DNA of 64,000 nucleotides from Ostreococcus lucimarinus (Eukaryota): NCBI GenBank assembly GCA_000092065.1, contig CP000599.1; one strand, 5' to 3'. Shown piece by piece: positions 62,106 to 64,000 of this stretch (position 1 is its first letter; each line of letters starts with the position of its first letter). The notes under the pieces were generated by a model. It saw only the letters and a program-made list of their open reading frames with translations, ran no database searches and was not told where the DNA came from. The position numbers and the translations under genes were made by a program.

Positions 62106-64000
62106 ATGTCTCGAGGGGGACAACGCTCGGCGTCGACGTTTGACGACCCGGGGACGTCGCTGAGCGACGCTCGCGGACGAGGAAGCGCGCACGATGGGTC
62201 TCGAAACGCCTCAGGGTCGCTGCGCGCGACGAATGGGAGCAGGAGCGCGAATGGATCGGACACGGCGAGCCGAACGGTGAACGGCGGCGGCGCGAACGCG
62301 GCGCTCGAACTGGCGGCGACGACGTGCGATGAGTTGGCGCGCGTGCTCGAGTCGCGACGGTACGGACGAGAGAGTGCGAATTTAGGCAGCGAAGCGATGA
62401 AGACGATCGAGACGATCGAGCGCGTGTTGAAGCGAAATAGAGAAAATTTGAGGGAATTTTTCAGCGCGTGTTTTCAGCCAATTTTGTGTCGGTTGTTTTC
62501 GTTCGACGGATCATCCAGTGAGGGGTGGATGAACGCCGCGTTCACCACCGGAAGCGAGAGAGATGTGAAAGACTTGTTGGATTTCTTATCTCCGGAGGGA
62601 TCGTTGATCCGAGCGATGTTGATCGCAGATTCGGACAAGTTGGTGCAGTTCGCGTTTCCGCTCGATCGTCTGCCGGAACGAACACAAAGAATGTTACAGA
62701 CGGAAAGCGGAGCGATGGCGCTGAACCGATCACCCCCATACGCTGGTTGCATTAAACGAGACAGTGTGGGGAAGTATCAGGTGCATTTGGGGCTGTATCA
62801 TTACTTCATGTTTTGGACGGCATATTTCGCGATGCGACCGGGGGGAAGACGAGGGTCGTCGTCATCGTCGCTTTATTCTGCGGGACAAAGTCCGTCTTAC
62901 AAGAGTGGAAGTGGTCCTTTCGGTGGCACTGGATCTCCAATCAGTAGTGGTGCTGCGTTTCTCGGTGGGCAGTGGCCATCGACGCCGTCTTTGATGCAAC
63001 GCGCGCCGTCGAAGCGCGTGCATCCGTATCGCGAGTTGTTACTCTCGCACTTGAAATTCTTTCTTCCGCGCGAGGAGACGGGAAAGAGTTGGGGCGGTGG
63101 CGGTAAAAGTGGTGATGATAAGGCGAATGCGGTGCAAGCTGAGTTTCTGGTGAGCATTTTGAGCGAATTTTGGATGCCCGTGGAGGAGGCGCGGGGGCCG
63201 CAGTCGGGCGACGGCGCTCGAGGCGCGACCGGATCGCCGTTTCGAAGCTCGTTCCCAGCCATGGGTCGCGTCGTCGACGCTGCTATGCGCCAGGCAAACA
63301 TGAGCCCAGTGCGTTCGAGCGGCGATGCGCACCGACGAGACGGCACGCGCAGGTATGCGTACAACCCACCCGCGGTGGATCACGTCAACGCGGTGACACT
63401 CTTGATTACGTACTTGTTTGCCGAACTTCCAGATCGTCGACCGGAGAACTTAGAGGCGATGAAAACCATCGAGCGCGCGCGTGAGATGATCCAACGCCCG
63501 CTGTATTGCTTTTTACGCGATGCCTTTACGCAGTGGCCGACTGAAAGCTCGACAAATACGGAACCCATGGTGACGCTTTGGGTGGCGTATTTTGCGCCGT
63601 GGTGCGCCAAATATCCGCAGAGTCAGACGAAGTCGTCGTCGAGCGGATCGAAGCGCTCAGGATCACCGCGCGCCATGCTTACTTCTCCACTCAAATCTAG
63701 CGGTAGTGGATCTTCATCAAAGGTGGCGGGGTACGACGACGCGTTGCTCTCGCGCGGAAAAGAGTTCAAGTTTGACGATCAAGTTGTCGACACTCCTGGG
63801 GTGTTTTCCCACGTTCGTCACGTGTTGAAGAGCATTCCGTTCTACCATGAACTGATGAAGCATTTCTTAGAACTGTGCTGTAAGCGCGTGCCGCTCGACG
63901 CCGAGGGCACGGCGACCGTGTTGCTGGCGGCTTTGGAACCGCTCGCGGCGGCGCCAAAGTTGTTGAAGATCTTACAAGACGTTGAAGACGGCTACGCCGA
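62106..64000 (+). CDS. SMPD4-like protein (neutral sphingomyelinase-3 family), N-terminal ~630 aa; the gene continues past the window end
   Basis: Continuous reading frame from ATG at 62106 to the window edge, so not in the ORF track. Motifs HLKFFLPREETG, LYCFLRDAFTQWP and MVTLWVAYFAPW parallel the SMPD4 motifs YLSWFLPTEGS, LYLFLQHCFGHWP and LEMWLSYLQPW. Confidence 0.5.
   Translation, partial: MSRGGQRSASTFDDPGTSLSDARGRGSAHDGSRNASGSLRATNGSRSANGSDTASRTVNGGGANAALELAATTCDELARVLESRRYGRESANLGSEAMKTIETIERVLKRNRENLREFFSACFQPILCRLFSFDGSSSEGWMNAAFTTGSERDVKDLLDFLSPEGSLIRAMLIADSDKLVQFAFPLDRLPERTQRMLQTESGAMALNRSPPYAGCIKRDSVGKYQVHLGLYHYFMFWTAYFAMRPGGRRGSSSSSLYSAGQSPSYKSGSGPFGGTGSPISSGAAFLGGQWPSTPSLMQRAPSKRVHPYRELLLSHLKFFLPREETGKSWGGGGKSGDDKANAVQAEFLVSILSEFWMPVEEARGPQSGDGARGATGSPFRSSFPAMGRVVDAAMRQANMSPVRSSGDAHRRDGTRRYAYNPPAVDHVNAVTLLITYLFAELPDRRPENLEAMKTIERAREMIQRPLYCFLRDAFTQWPTESSTNTEPMVTLWVAYFAPWCAKYPQSQTKSSSSGSKRSGSPRAMLTSPLKSSGSGSSSKVAGYDDALLSRGKEFKFDDQVVDTPGVFSHVRHVLKSIPFYHELMKHFLELCCKRVPLDAEGTATVLLAALEPLAAAPKLLKILQDVEDGYA

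Noticed and set aside
61628-62263. 211-aa minus-strand ORF as a gene
   Set aside because: It overlaps the 3' end of the RCC1-EGF gene and the 5' end of the SMPD4-like gene, has no motifs, and has a low-complexity composition.

Overview
This is GC-rich (about two-thirds G+C), gene-dense, intron-poor eukaryotic nuclear DNA. The gene content (a plastid starch enzyme, a plastid-type bL19 with a presequence, SOD1, CCS, SKP1, LSD1, AP-3 delta, EFL1) and the sequence style point to a green alga of the prasinophyte/Mamiellophyceae type; that placement is inference only. I call about 35 protein genes on both strands and one intron-containing tRNA-Ile(UAU), none of which shows up in the ORF track in its true form. 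Several genes carry short spliceosomal introns with a conserved GTGCGT/GTACGT donor and an ACTGAC branch point, and the six-frame track either reads through them or splits them (SOD1, bL19, SKP1, an ACBP-like gene, an RCC1-EGF mosaic gene). Short AT-rich islands sit at divergent promoters and carry a recurring CCG[T/A]ATGTCCGA motif, palindromes and tandem repeats. Other notable content: a head-to-head Cu/Zn-SOD and copper-chaperone (CCS) pair; a 1445-aa secreted PSI plus lectin protein; a DUF285 repeat surface protein flanked by minisatellites; and a convergent LSD1-like / SANT-GATA pair. Two genes run off the window edges and so are absent from the ORF track (LEO1 at the start, an SMPD4-like gene at the end). 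I found no transposase, reverse transcriptase, integrase or CRISPR. Many long Arg/Ala-rich ORFs in the track are antisense or GC-frame artefacts.
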